64,000 nt of DNA from Octopus sinensis (taxonomy: Eukaryota), in the NCBI RefSeq assembly GCF_006345805.1, contig NC_043008.1, forward strand, positions 48,236,001-48,300,000, in the 5' to 3' direction. Below, in pieces: positions 25,775 through 38,912 of the stretch. The stretch's first letter is position 1. Each line of letters starts with the position of its first letter. The notes under the pieces were generated by a model. It was not told the DNA's origin, ran no database searches, and saw only the letters and a program-made list of their open reading frames with translations. The translations under genes and the position numbers were made by a program.

Positions 25775-26882
25775 GAGTCGCTGCGTGACGGTGTGCACCA
25801 AGCAAGAACAGATCAGTGACTGATTTCTCTGGTCGGGGAGGTGAGTCAGGGGCTGAAATGCATCGCTGGCTTTCAGTACAATAGGGTGATAGCGCTCTAC
25901 CGCGTAGAAGTGTGTGTGTGTGTGTGTGAGTGAACTGAAAATTTTTTAAATAGCTGGACCAGAGTGAAGCATGAAGAGGGAGCAGGGCCCCCTATCAATT
26001 TCCACCTTTGACGTGAAGATTCAACCGGCACAAGAGATGGCTCAGGTGAACCAACGAGTAACAGTCGATTAGGTGGCAGATTCTCTGCAAATTAGCCATG
26101 GTTCTACACACGAAATCATTCGCGACAAGCTTCGCCTGCATAAAGTCTGTGCAAGATGAGTAGCAAGAGAGCTTATGGAAGCGCATAAGGGGTCCGTCAA
26201 CGCTTACTCGACCGCTACGATGAAGGCGAAGCGATTTTTGGAAAGAAGCCACTGGAGATGAGATCTGGGTCCATCACTTTGAATCAGAATCAAAAGAAGA
26301 AAAAATAGTATGGATTGGAAACAGCCAGAATCGCCAGCATATATGAAACTGAACACTCAACCTTCAACAGAAAAAGTGATACTGTTTTGAGGGACGCAAA
26401 ATGGCCGGCACTGGGACATCACCTAGAAAAGGGGTCTGCAGTCACCGGTGTAGGCTGCGGTGAAATTCTGGCCAACAAAATGAAATCAGTAATTCGCACC
26501 GAACGCCGGGGTCTATTGTCGAAGCAAATGTTGTTGTTGCACGACACGGGTGCCCACACCTATTGAAATTTGGGTTTCGAGTTGCTGGAACAGCCTGCAT
26601 ACAGTCCGCATCTCGTCCTTTCGCCCAGCAACTCTTCGAACCACTCTAACCTCCTCCATGAGGTCATCGATTTATTACGGACAAAGACACGCAGGAAGCG
26701 GTGCAGAAATGGCTGCGTGACAAACTGAAAACCTCCTTTTTCCGATGGAATAAGCAATCTTGGGAACCCCTGAAAGAAGTGCACCGAAAAGCAAGGAGTC
26801 TCTGTCAAAAAATGATGAAACTGTTCAACTCCTGCTTTTGCTTTAATAAATTACAGAAACAAGCGTTGACTTACCCTCTTAG
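25775..26882 (+). mobile_element. Decayed mariner (Tc1/mariner) transposase pseudogene
   Basis: Fragments CTKQEQ.SV..FLW, LQISHGSTHEIIRDKL.LHKVCAR*VAREL (WVPREL-like), GDE.WVHHF, LLLHD and PAYSPHL (YSPDL-like). Multiple stops and frameshifts. Confidence 0.85.
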
Positions 26883-29499
26883 ATCAATCAATTTTATAAT
26901 TGCTAATTAGACTCCAAGACGTATTCGAAGGCTGAGGTGGAGAAAATCATTTCTAAGGCTCTGAATGTGTATAAATGTTGCAGGAGTTATTATTGAAGGG
27001 TTTTGTTTCAGTGCTGTTTACAAGAAAGGACCTCACCTCCATAAAATGATGCTTTGAGAAGTTGAAGGTAAACTGCCGCAATTGCATACAAATCAATCCA
27101 ATACAAATACGCAAAGCTCTCCTATCGACTGCATGTCCCTTCCTCTCACTCTCTCTCTAGAATTAATTAGTTTACTCTTAAGAGCCCCCCCCCCCCGCGG
27201 CCTCTAACAAAGCGCTGCTGCCCAGGTTAAGGGCCACAGGACATAATAGCCACTTCTAACAGCATCTGACCATTTTATCTGTTTAGTTGTCAGTCGGTCG
27301 ATGTTCTGAGAGTAACATAACTTCCACTTGGTGGTAATCCAACAATTTAAACGCATCAACTTGCGTCTCAAATCCAATTCTTTTCTCCCGAATTTGCTGA
27401 ACGTTTATAGGGTCCCCTGAACCCAGACTTAAAATTTTCTACAATAAACAGTTAAACGCCCGGTAATTCCATGCCAGGAATCTCCATGATCGTTCGACTT
27501 GCCAAAACTTCCTCAACCCTCTCTCATAAAAGCTGACGTAATTATGCCCCACAACCTGACCCCGTCACAGGTCAGGTGAAAAGGGGCATGCGCCATTGCA
27601 GTCACCTTTCGTCAGAATATTCCCAAGTCCTCCCTGGCCACCCGTCCAGCAGAATCTCAGCCAGAATCATCAGCAGATGTGACAACTAGTCACAGACCTT
27701 CAGCAATTCTTTGATTTTACAGTTTTACCATTTATGTTCTGTTGTAGAATATCCAAAGTTACTTTCTGAACACTGAAGGACTAATGACAATTTGCTCTAA
27801 TGTGGGGCTTAATTAGTGGCTGCCGGAACCTCCTGGGGACAATTCCAAAAAAGTTAGTGACAATGTTTTAGTTGACATTTTGAAGCGAAAACTCTTGGTT
27901 TTGTAGCACAAAGCGACAAATTTAAGGATAAATGGAATCATTCTAATGGACCCTGTTGTGTAGTCCTACAAGAATACGAAACAGAGAGAAAGAAGATGGA
28001 GTCGACTTGGGTAGGATTTGAACTTTGTTGCTACGAAGCTAGGTCACTAAATGCCACAACACTTTAGCATATTTGCCAGTTCAGTTGAATGTAATCAGCA
28101 AATTAATGGGGAAAAGGGGGTTTTTATCATCTCTTACGATCTGTAGCTAGAATATCAAATATGATGGACGCATCGCTATAAGATATAAACAGAACAAATA
28201 TAGAAAAATCGTTTGTTTTTGTTGTTTGTGAGAGAGTTGGTGGTTGGGGGGGGAGAATGTTTACATCAATGATAATAAAAGTGTCCCTCAAAAGGCCAGC
28301 GTTAAAGACCAGTGAGCGACGCACAGCAGTAAAAAGTTGATTGCTATCAGTCGAACGATCAGACATGCAATAAAATTAAATAAATAAATAATCACATGGG
28401 CAAAAAGAGTGAAAAGAATTTGCAGAACATCAAATATTTATTTGGTGCAGCAAGTCTTTTAATCAATGTCTGCTACTGAGACATGTTTAATGGAACTTAA
28501 AATGGATAAAAAAAAATAATAAAATAGCATCAGGGAAGGAAAATTCTTTGGTTATGAAATATCAAAACAAAAATATTCCAAATTGGAAATTTTGTAAAGA
28601 AATAAATAAATATATAAATTAAATTAAATTAAATTAAAAAAACATGAAATAAATTATTCTTTAAAGATGAAACTGTTGTAAAATATTCGAGTGGGGGGGA
28701 GTGTTAAATATTTGATGGTGGTGGTCGTGGTGGTGGAACATGGCGTGTAAATAATGATTTCTGTCTCTGTTATGATATCACAAGTTTATAATGAATGAGT
28801 AGAAATAATTGACTCATCCCAGTATATAACTGGTATTAACCCAGACAAATGAGAGAAACACTTCTCTGGTGAGATTTGAACTCCAAACATAAATGATCAG
28901 TCCTATCCCAAAATGCAACAGCAGACTCCCCACCCCAATGCAGTCCCAGATCAGTTCTGACCAAGCAGAACTATAAAGACATTCCAGCCACGACTATCAC
29001 CTCAGCTGTTGTTGTTCAGATACAATGTGTCCTAGATCGGGGATATTTAATATGTCCTTATCATTTTAAGATTGTAGGCTGCTATGTCTAACGAATCACA
29101 TAGAGCCCCACCTCCTTTGCCAAGGGCTGTATACCAGGGCAGAGGTTCAACATTCATCCATTGTTGTTTCCCCATGATTCTCAGGACTGATTTGAGGAAG
29201 ATTTGGCTGCTGTTTCTAACAGATCAAGTGATTGCTGTTGTTGCAGAGATGGATTCAGGAGCACAATGCATTATGGGAAGCACCAGAATGGAGACATGGC
29301 ACAGTGGTGGGCAGTGGTCAGATAAATGCCTCCAGAGACTGGTTCCGGGTCTTTTAGCTCTTTGCATCCAAATCGTGCAGAGACGTCAGCTTTACCTTTT
29401 CTCTCTTTGTTGCAGAACAATAAAGAACCCCCCCCCGCCCCCTCTCTCCAAACCAAACAGCTTGGCTGTGGGGGCAAGAAGCTTGATTCCCAGCAACAG

Positions 29500-29765
29500 G
29501 CTTCCACGGGTCAATCCCATTGCATGGCACCTTGGGCAAGGGTCTTCTACTAAATGCCTCAGGCTCACCAAAGCCTTTCGTTGACAAACTGAAAGGAGTC
29601 CCTCATGTATGTCTGCATTTCTCCCTCATCACCAGTGTTGGTGTGTTTATGTCCCCCAGTAAGTTAGCAGTTCAGTGGTACCAGGCTTCAAAAAGAAATA
29701 CTGGGGGGTCAATTCATTTGGCTGATAGTCTTCAAAATGGTGCACCAGCATGACTGAAAGCAAAA
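29500..29765 (+). mobile_element. SINE family A, diverged plus-strand copy
   Basis: GGCACCTTGGGCAAGGGTCTTCTAC...AACTGAAAGGAG...GGTGCACCAGCATGACTGAAAG. Confidence 0.65.
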
Positions 29766-29893
29766 AATGAAAATATAATCCACGAATATAGAACGGCAGA
29801 CTCGTTCAGATTTGTATTTATATGCAAACATGTTGATTGATTGAGTGATTGATTGAGTGATTGATTGAGCGATTGATTGATTGATACATACAC

Positions 29894-30115
29894 ACGAGGG
29901 GGGGGCTGAAAAGTTCCTGGCTTTGGGTAAAAGAAAATGCAGGAGGATCCGTTCGTTATGATTTCATTGAATATACTCCACTCTCAGATTCACACACTTA
30001 TTGCACTGGTCCTTCGGTTTTTCTAGGCCCTGTGAAAGAACTCAGAAAGTTGGGCCTCCGACCAGGCCCCTTTCCTGATACTCCTAAAGCCAAGAACCTC
30101 TCAGCACCCTCTCAT
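29894..30115. mobile_element. Mariner-type MITE of about 220 bp
   Basis: Imperfect ~30-bp TIRs ACGAGGG...GCTGAAAAGTTCCTGGCTTT and AAAGCCAAGAACCTCTCAGCACCCTCTCAT. No ORF. Confidence 0.75.
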
Positions 30116-32310
30116 GCATACAGGTATGAATACATATGTGAATCTATATATGAACATAGCATTGTGCCAACAAATTAAACCAGTTGTTAATCAGAAGTTA
30201 ATGCCTTCTTAATTAACGTAAGGAAAACAAAAATGTGATTAATAATACCTATGTGGAACTCAATGATTAATATTAATTTCAACTGATGTCAGCAAAAACA
30301 GGAGATAACTGAAGGCATGTTTCAGTCTTATAAGGAGTTCTTGCATGATTTCCCTTGGTAAGAAACCAATCAATATATTACAGGTACAAACTGTTGAGAG
30401 AACCGGAAGAATTCGGTCTTATTTCCTTTTGGAGCTGCACTGTGTATATTGATTGCTCTGTTCTTGGACAGTTCCAGAGACAGCAGTTTGTCTTGGAGAT
30501 AAGGTTGGATTTCTGAAGAAAAGAGTCAATGTGGATGAATGAATGGAGAGAGAAAAAGAGAGATCGAGATTGTATGTATGTATGTATATACGTACGGACA
30601 GACAGACAGACAGGGAGGGAGGGAAGAGCAGAGCTAAAAGAACAACAAAGAATAAATATCAATTTTCTCTTTATTTATGGAAAAAAACTGCTTGTCTTTT
30701 AAGTCTTTTGTTGTTGTTTTTGTCATATTTTTAAGCCTTTTCCTTCCCATTTGTAATTTTACTCAACATTTATGGTTTAAACTGTTTTATTCTCTTCTTT
30801 TGAAATGTCTTTTTCCTTGCAGAGGTTTTTTCCTCTTCTCTCGGAAGAAAACAAAAAGCATTTTTATCATAAGAAATTATTATGAAAGGCTAGATTTTTT
30901 TTTCTTTTTTTGTGGAGGGGGGTAGACATGCATCCACTGCTAGGATAATGTAATAGTAGTAATGGTGGTGGTGGTGGTGGTGGTGGTTCTACAGAGAACG
31001 GTAAATCTAGCAGCAATTCTTGTTGTCCTTTCATGTCTTCTTTTAGATTGTTTGTTGTTGTTGTTGTGACTCCAGCAGAACATGCATAGATATCATCTGC
31101 TGGATCGATTATATGAAAGAAGAAAAAAAAAAAAGAATGAGGAGAGGGGGGGGAGGGCAAATATAGATTTGGTATAATTGAAGGTATTTCTGACTTCTCG
31201 AAACACATCAAACTATTTGGTCCAATCAAAAAAGGTTTGGTCACTTATTGTTTAAAAAAAAATATATATATATAATTATATATAAATAAAAGAGAGATGG
31301 GATGGTGGTGGCCACCTCTGGAACATGAGTGTTAAATAGATGACCAACATGGCTGCTAAATAACAGATTTCAAAAACGACAAAGCAAGAAGGATATAATG
31401 TGGATCAAAGAAGAGATGGCATTTGTTGAACAACAAAACACTGTACACAGAATATTATAAAATAAATAAGAGTATTTTCCAGACAGTTCCACCAAAAGAA
31501 AAAAAGGGGGAAAAAAAAAAAGCTGTCCATTTTTGCCTCACTGAATCCAGAATAAAAAATATCAGGCTCTCCTCCAAGATGTCTCAGTTTGGTTTCTAAA
31601 CTTTTTGTTTGTTTTCTTCAACCTTTTGGATCAAGACGTCAAATCCATCATCGGATCAGATATTGTAGAAGTAATTGTACTTTAAAGTTAAATCATCACA
31701 CAGAGGCAGCTATATACATATGTATATATATATATATGCATATATATACATATATGTATGTATATATATATAGCTAACAGGCAAGTGTATGCATGAATGA
31801 ATCCACTAATGCATACATGTTTCAATTTACCTCACTAATTAATTAAAATACCCAATATGAATTATACATTCAATACCATTTGCCATAAACAAACCATGAC
31901 TAAACTGAAAGCAGGAATTCTGCTCCACGACAAAAGGACCCATCGTTAGTTTTGGAAAAACAAAATAATCATATTAATGATTAAGATGTGTTGATATAAA
32001 AACTACTTTTTTTCTGTTTCGGCAGTGAATAAGGACTGCAATCTTTCATTAATTCCACTCAAAGAAGACAAAACATTATTAAGATGGAATTAACAGCCAT
32101 AACGAACAAGAATTTATTAGAAACAACACAAATTAATTGACATCTTGCATTGGCCTTATCCCATAACTAATGTTTGTTTTGTTGATCTCCGAGTGGCGAA
32201 GAGCAACATTAACTTGGGTGGCATTTGAACACAGCAGTTAGAAGGACGAAACTAAATGCTGTGTTGCAAAAGAACACACCCCTCTCGATTTTTTATGCCA
32301 ACTCACCATT

Positions 32311-32347
<37 letters not shown>

Positions 32348-33587
32348 CTTCTAACAGAGGCACAAACTTTCTAATTTGGACGAGAGAAAAAACATCAACC
32401 CAAGTACATGACTGAAACTTATGAAGTCCAGAAACCTCAAAGTCAAACTAGTGAAATTGGAACTCCTAACATTAAAGAGAGACAGATGAAATATTAAGTC
32501 TGATTCCCAACAGACTCTGCAAGTCCACTGCCTGGAAACAGAATAAACAAAAAACAATTGGACTTGAAATGGTTTCATCACCAAAATAAATAATTCAGTT
32601 GTAAAGTGGGAGCACAACTGAGTTTTGATGTCAATGAGTCTCTAAGTAAATATTTATCATTTGGAGATTGATGTTTATAGAGTTGCTTTTCATTTGAAAA
32701 TAACAAAAATTATATATGAAGACATAAATTCAAAGCCTGGCCTGGGAATCAAACTCGAGAAATATCATTAAATAAAATGATCTGAAAACCAGCAGAAGAA
32801 TAACTTTTGGTTTCACATCCAAAACCTTTACTTTTGTTCAATGACTAATTATGTTATTGTCTTTGCCGCAATTGTACAGTTTTTGTCCTCAAAATAAAAT
32901 TTCATTAAGTGGATAATGAAATTTAAAAAATAAGGGAACCCTCACTGTTAATTAACTTGTTATGGAAGAGGTGACTAATGAAAGATTTTAACTTTCACCA
33001 ATGGAAGGGAGAGAACTCAAGAGTAAGATTTGTTAAATTGTTTCAAGGTCTTCAAAAAAAGCTAGAAATGACAGGGAAATTATAAAAATATAATGAAAAC
33101 CTTTTTGTTAATAAATTAAGTTGGGTATTTTTTTAAGACTTAAAAAGAAACCCTTTTTAATGGAGTCCTAAGAATTAATCCTATATTTTCAAATTAGTTG
33201 CAAAAATGGCGCCCATTCTACTTTTCTTCTCTCAGAATCAACTGAGACAACATCATCGATGAAGACGGAGAGAAGAAGCAGCAGCCGAGTTTGTAGAAGG
33301 TTTGGACCCTTCTGTAGAGAGAACGGTCAAGGAGCATCGACAAATAACACAAACATCACTAACAGATCAACAAAAACACTAACATCTAATACCACCACTA
33401 TTATTAAGATTATCATTATCATTATTATTAAGATTATCATTATCATTATTATTAAGATTATCATTATTATTAAGATTATCATTATTACACGCTTCTATTT
33501 GTGTAACCCCACACTGTATTGTCCTGTACAATCCCCAATGGTTTTTTTGGCTTTTTATTTTGCAAACCCATAGTTGTAAATAAAGAA

Positions 33588-33618
<31 letters not shown>

Positions 33619-33995
33619 CTAGACATAAAATAAGGGGAGACGAGAATTGCCAAATTCCAAGTGGCTGCGGATGTTGCAATGTTTGTGCGATTAACCATTT
33701 TAAATAGTTCCAACAAAGACTATAACCGAGTCGTTCATTCAAAACCGACTGCCCCATTACAGCACCAGCTCTGTCATTATCATATATTAGCATTACAGCA
33801 CTGTCATTAATTATTATATATTAGCATATTTAATTACTGCCTTTAATTTAAGCACAAAGAAATGTGGAGGAGTTCATTCAATCATCCTCAGCAGTTACTA
33901 TATTTTATAAAACCTAAAATGCTGGAAAGCAAAAATCACAACACTGCAAGAGTATTGTAGTTTGCTTGAAGCATTGTGGATTGTTTGTAAAGAAT

Positions 33996-34259
33996 AAAAT
34001 GTTTCAAATGCTACAACAATGCATTTATAACACAAACAATGGCCTACAATAAACTGTTGTAATTTAACCATCCATAGTCTGATATGATATTTCGGAATAC
34101 AAATTCCTTCCTCAGATATCCCTAGGAATTGATGGAGTCACTAGCAGTGAATTTGTATTCCGAAATATCATATCAGATTATGGATGGTTAAATTCCAACA
34201 GTTTATTGTAGGCCATTGTTTGTGTTATAAATGCATTGTTGTAGCATTTGAAACATTTT
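33996..34259. repeat. 111-bp inverted repeat (33996-34106 / 34149-34259, two mismatches) with 42-nt spacer
   Basis: Direct reverse-complement comparison. Confidence 0.95.
34081..34120 (-). ncRNA. Minimal type I hammerhead ribozyme
   Basis: GATAT-CTGAGGA-A-GGAAT-TTGT-ATTCC-GAAA-TA-TC^ATATC. 5-bp stem I, 5-bp stem II, palindromic ATAT stem III, AUC triplet. Confidence 0.8.
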
Positions 34260-35512
34260 TTTTTTCTTCACAACACTATGTTCAAACCTTTGCTTTCTTG
34301 GGCAGAATTCAAACTCAGAAGAGCTGAAAGAAGTGGCACAAAGTATTATGTTTGATGCTCCACTGATTCTACCAATTGAACAACTTTTATCCTATTGGTC
34401 TCTAAATTAGGTCCACAGTCAGTTACCTAAGGAGAGGAGACATACTGACACTTAGTACTCAACCAATATATTTATTCTATTGCCCCCTAAAGAATGAAAA
34501 GCAAAGGTGACCTCAACAAGATTGGAACTCTAAATGTGAAATGCCAGGATAAATAGCAGAAAGCATTTCATCTCTAACAACTCTGCCAGTCCAGTGCCAT
34601 AGGCACAGGGCCAGGCAGGTGGTTGTGAGAGTGAGGGGAGAGTCAAGTAATCAAGGCCAGGACTTAATTGATAATTTACACTAATTAACAATGTTGAAGA
34701 GTTATGTAGGGTTAACTCATAATCATTCAACTGATAAAAGATTAACGAACCAAGAACAAATATAACATAACAACAGTTAACCATTAGTCATACTGACACA
34801 TGACAGTGGAGTGTCCAAAGAAACGACAAGAATAGGCAGCAGACAGTTTGGAAGTTCCAAGACAGAAGAATCAAAGATGAAGAAATATTTACAACAATTT
34901 CATAGAGAACTCAAAGAATATTGATGGAAATAAGGAACGGAAAGAGTTGAGAGAACAGAGAACAAGCTCAGGAGCTGAGGTCGACAGAATATATTGACTG
35001 AAGACAATTCTAACCATAATAGTCGACCAAAGGAAAAACCATCACAGGAACCAAACTCACATAATGCTCTGTAATGCACCCACACGCAATATGTAGAAGC
35101 GGGTGGGTGTCAGAATGGTGCCAGAGACATACAGTTTTAGTCACAATTCTTCTACATTTCATGCCTTGAAAATCCAAACAGAAATGTTTGTATCTTTTTT
35201 TTTTAAACAGAAAAAAAGCTGGCGGATATCATTAATGACTCAATTTAAAAGGGAGCAGTCTATATATATATATATATATGAATTTATAAGTGTGTGTGTA
35301 TAATCATGTATGTATATACACACATATATACACACACATTTATATACACACGTGTGTGTGTGTGTATATATATGAACACATGCATATGTAAGCATGTATA
35401 CACACACACAATTATATTACAAAGAATAACCAAAGATATTTTGCTTCTTCTTCACTGTAATTCTTTAAAATTACTAGATTTGTGCAGTGAAAAGTTTTGA
35501 CTCTCACACAGA

Positions 35513-35549
<37 letters not shown>

Positions 35550-35924
35550 GCACGCACACGCACGCACACACACGCACACACACACACGCACAGACGAATC
35601 CTTTCCACCCATTCCTCTACTTCTTTGATATTTGCTTGCATGCAGAGTAACACTTTCTGAAAATGTTGTAAAGAAAGAAAGAAAGAAAATCACAAAGACA
35701 AAGCATTACTTGCGATATTTGAAATTTGGTAGTTTCAGGGTTTTTGCACTATTATACAAGTTGAGTTGAAGGAGTTGGAATTGTTGATGGCAACAGGCTT
35801 AGGGGGACAATCTACAAGGATGTCTTCTGGCTGAGGCAGCCAGAGAATATCGAAGAGGGGGGGGAGAAGCTACAAGGACTGTGGTGGTTTAACTGCAATG
35901 CAAAACATACCTGTTGCAAGTGAA

Positions 35925-35967
<43 letters not shown>

Positions 35968-36197
35968 CTCAAAAGGAAAAATTATTACAGAAGGGTGCAA
36001 AGAATGGAAGCAGAAATTCCAATATAAAATGTCTGCAGAAAAAGAAAATAAAATAAAAGTCAGATGTTTTTTTGTTTTTGTTTTTGTTCATTTGTGTAGC
36101 AAAGTCACAGGATTCGTTAAGTTAGTGTTTATGAGATTTCTCTTGTTGCATTTGTTTTGTTTTTAACATTTTGAGAATATATTGAAGGTGTGAGAGT

Positions 36198-36413
36198 TTA
36201 GACGTCCACACATTCTGGGCTGTCTTTTGGATGAACAAGGAGATGGTCAGCAGCTTGCTCTACATCCCAGTTGCATTTCAACAGAGCCTCTTTGCAGCGA
36301 TTCACATCAGCCAAGCCAGTACTTATCAGCTGCTTTAACTTGATATACTTTATGGCACTCTGTATGTTCCATTTGGTCTCTTCCAGGGCTTGCCGGCAAT
36401 CGACCTCAGAAAC
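36198..36413 (-). CDS. Ack-like: Terminal coding exon with tandem UBA-like domain of an ACK-family kinase (ACK1/TNK2 or Ack-like/PR2; orthology not resolved)
   Basis: Acceptor gttttgtag|GTT. Translates VSEVDCRQALEETKWNIQSAIKYIKLKQLISTGLADVNRCKEALLKCNWDVEQAADHLLVHPKDSPECVDV*, matching the ACK C-terminal pattern C..AL....W....A..Y.K..QL...GL.....C...L....W..EQA..HLL. Confidence 0.88.
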   Translation of the reverse strand, partial: VSEVDCRQALEETKWNIQSAIKYIKLKQLISTGLADVNRCKEALLKCNWDVEQAADHLLVHPKDSPECVDV

Positions 36414-37254
36414 CTACAAAACAACAACAACAACAACGTTTACATGGCAACATATTTCAGGGGCAACCAACATCACTTTACTTCTAATTCACCACATTGG
36501 CATTAGTTGGACAGTTTGTTAACAAACGAAGGACAAATTAAAAATGACCAACTGGGGAAGTTTTGTATTATATTTACTTCATTATAAATGGGTGACTGCT
36601 AATGAGCTGGACTTTAAAGCAAATAAGTCACCCGGCTGCAGTGGAAGCCATACCAAACATTGAAATGCATGACCAAAACAGACCTAAACTAAGGAATGCT
36701 GAGTTATGTCATCCTTTAACATCCATTTTTTTTTTCCTTGCTTTGATGTGAAATCACAGGTCTTGTTTACATCGATTTTCCTTAACAGCATGGAGGGGAT
36801 GAGTTGGAAATTCAAAGAACTCTTGTATCACCCACCAACAGCCTGTTAGGAGTAGACCTGTATTATACACATGGCAATAACTGTCAGTTTCCCAGATAAG
36901 CCTTTACAGAATAAAACAATGATACAAATATGTGAAGAGCACAGTCAAATGCCTTGGGTGAACCCTGGTGAGAATTGAACCAATGGTTTTTAACGCTTTC
37001 TCATCCCAGATTCACTCTTTCAAATTGTTTGGAATTAATTATGTATCATTTTGTAGCTTTGGGATTTCCATGATGTGATTGTTTATCTTTAGGACGACAT
37101 TGCAGGGTTGCTGTGAAAGGCCAGATCTGTCCAATTTGAAAATAGAACAGAAATATTTGGGTTTTATTTTATTGACCCAAACGGATGAAGAGTAAAGTGG
37201 AGTTTGACAGGATTTGAACTCAGCATGTAAAGAATTCCAACAAATATCACAAGG

Positions 37255-37466
37255 CTGGTGCCACATAAAAAAGGCTCTCAATACACTCTGTAAAGAGGTT
37301 GGTATTAGGCAGTATAAAGTGGTTGGTGTATGGCATCCAGTTGTACAAACCAGGCCAGAGCAGAAGAACAAGACCTGGCACAGTCTTCCGTCTCTTGCTA
37401 ACTCTTGTCAAACTGTCCGACCCATACCAGCATGGAAAACAGACGTTAAACAATGATGATGATGAT
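37255..37466 (+). mobile_element. RTE 3'-tail fragment or RTE-tailed SINE
   Basis: GGTGCCACATAAAAAG...GGCATCCAG...CCAGCATGGAAAACAGACGTTAAACAATGATGATGAT matches the RTE 3' ends in this window. Confidence 0.7.
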
Positions 37467-37854
37467 TTTATCAGACATTCTTTTTCCATTCCACCTCCCT
37501 GGCTGCAGTACAAAGCCACAAATCTGCAGAGAATTGGGTCAATTTAATGAAGCCCACTAATTACGTAAGCTTAATCATATCTGCTAACTACAAAAAAATT
37601 GATTTAATTAAACTCAGAATTAAAGCAAAGCTATTTTAATCACTACCCCTAATTATATCAAAAATATTTAATTAAGTTACTAATTCATTGTTGCATATTT
37701 TATTAGCCTTGGAAAATACAAGAAATAAATCCAACCTCAGTCAGGTTGAAACCAACAACTTTAAAAAAACAAAACATTTCTGTCATTTCCATAACAACAA
37801 TATTAAAAGTTAAACTTGCCAACAAAATTATTTCCCAACACCAAAAATACGCAC

Positions 37855-37906
37855 CTCATTACAAAATAATTTACGTAAAGCCTCTATTTCCTCGGAGTTC
37901 TTCTTC
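37855..37906 (-). CDS. 52-bp coding exon of the ACK-family kinase, (R)KKNSEEIEALRKLFCNE, start of the UBA region
   Basis: Acceptor tttttacctttcag|G and donor GAG|GTGCGT. Phase 2 in and phase 0 out, matching both flanking exons. Confidence 0.85.
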
Positions 37907-38699
37907 CTGAAAGGTAAAAAAGGATCCTTGTTAAGATATTTTCTAAACAAAACATCTGTCAGCATTGTTGACTGTTTAACAATACAAGTCTTAATTAACA
38001 ATACAAGTCTTAATTAAAAATACAAGTTTTAATTTTGTTTCAGTTGTGATAACACTTGGAAATGTAAACCACATATTTACAGCTTTCATATCAGATTTTG
38101 TTATAAAAAAAATAATAGCTTTTCTCAAACATGAATTTCATCTTACAGGTTTCTAACTAAATCTGAATGGATCCCTTTCTTCTCATTGATTATTTACAAA
38201 AAATATTTCTACAGTTTTGTACATTAACTTTCTATGTGAAGAGATGGTGAATACAGAATTCGTATGTGTATTTAGAAATAAGAAAGGACCCCCCTGACAG
38301 AGAGGGATTCTTTCTTTATGGTACGTCTGAGAGAATTCTTTGTTCCTACCAAAGTGTTGCAGAGCAGAGAATGCAGTTGAGTGAGAAGCAAGACTCAGAA
38401 CACTCACACTGCTAACAAAATAATCTCAACCCCATTATATACACACGGGAAATGTAGATATGCATATACATGCTGGACTTGCAAATATGTGCACATGCAT
38501 GCAATGTGTGTCTGCACATCTACCTATGCATGTGTGTATTCATATTTATTCACAGGACACAATACATGTGTCCAAGTGTTACTAACAGTTTCATATGTTA
38601 AGGATATGTTTGGAGATATTTCTCAACATATAAAGCTAATATTTAACTCTCACCAGATGGAGTACTTTTTTTGTTGAATTTTCTATCATGGAACAGTGC

Positions 38700-38734
<35 letters not shown>

Positions 38735-38738
<4 letters not shown>

Positions 38739-38912
38739 AGAAAACAAAAGACGAAGACAGGTGGTGTACAAAACAAAAAGATGTATCAGTATAACGCTCA
38801 GGAATTGAAAAAGTATTTTACGTTTCGACCCTACGCTCTTCTACAGAAAGGGACACAGAAAAAAAACAAGGAGAGAAAAAAATGTGTGTAGTGGCTAACA
38901 ATCTACCATGGC
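38735..38912 (-). mobile_element. Short (TA)n-embedded Penelope-like fragment with HHR motif (38815-38850, CUGUAGA core), intronic and sense to the kinase gene
   Basis: TTT-CTGTAGA-A-GAGC-GTAG-GGTC-GAAA-CG-TA^AAA. Same family as 12315-12517. Confidence 0.6.

Noticed and set aside
32010-32052. Minus-strand GCAGT/ACTGC hairpin followed by GAAAC
   Set aside because: No CUGANGA or UUGANAA core and no stem I or III.
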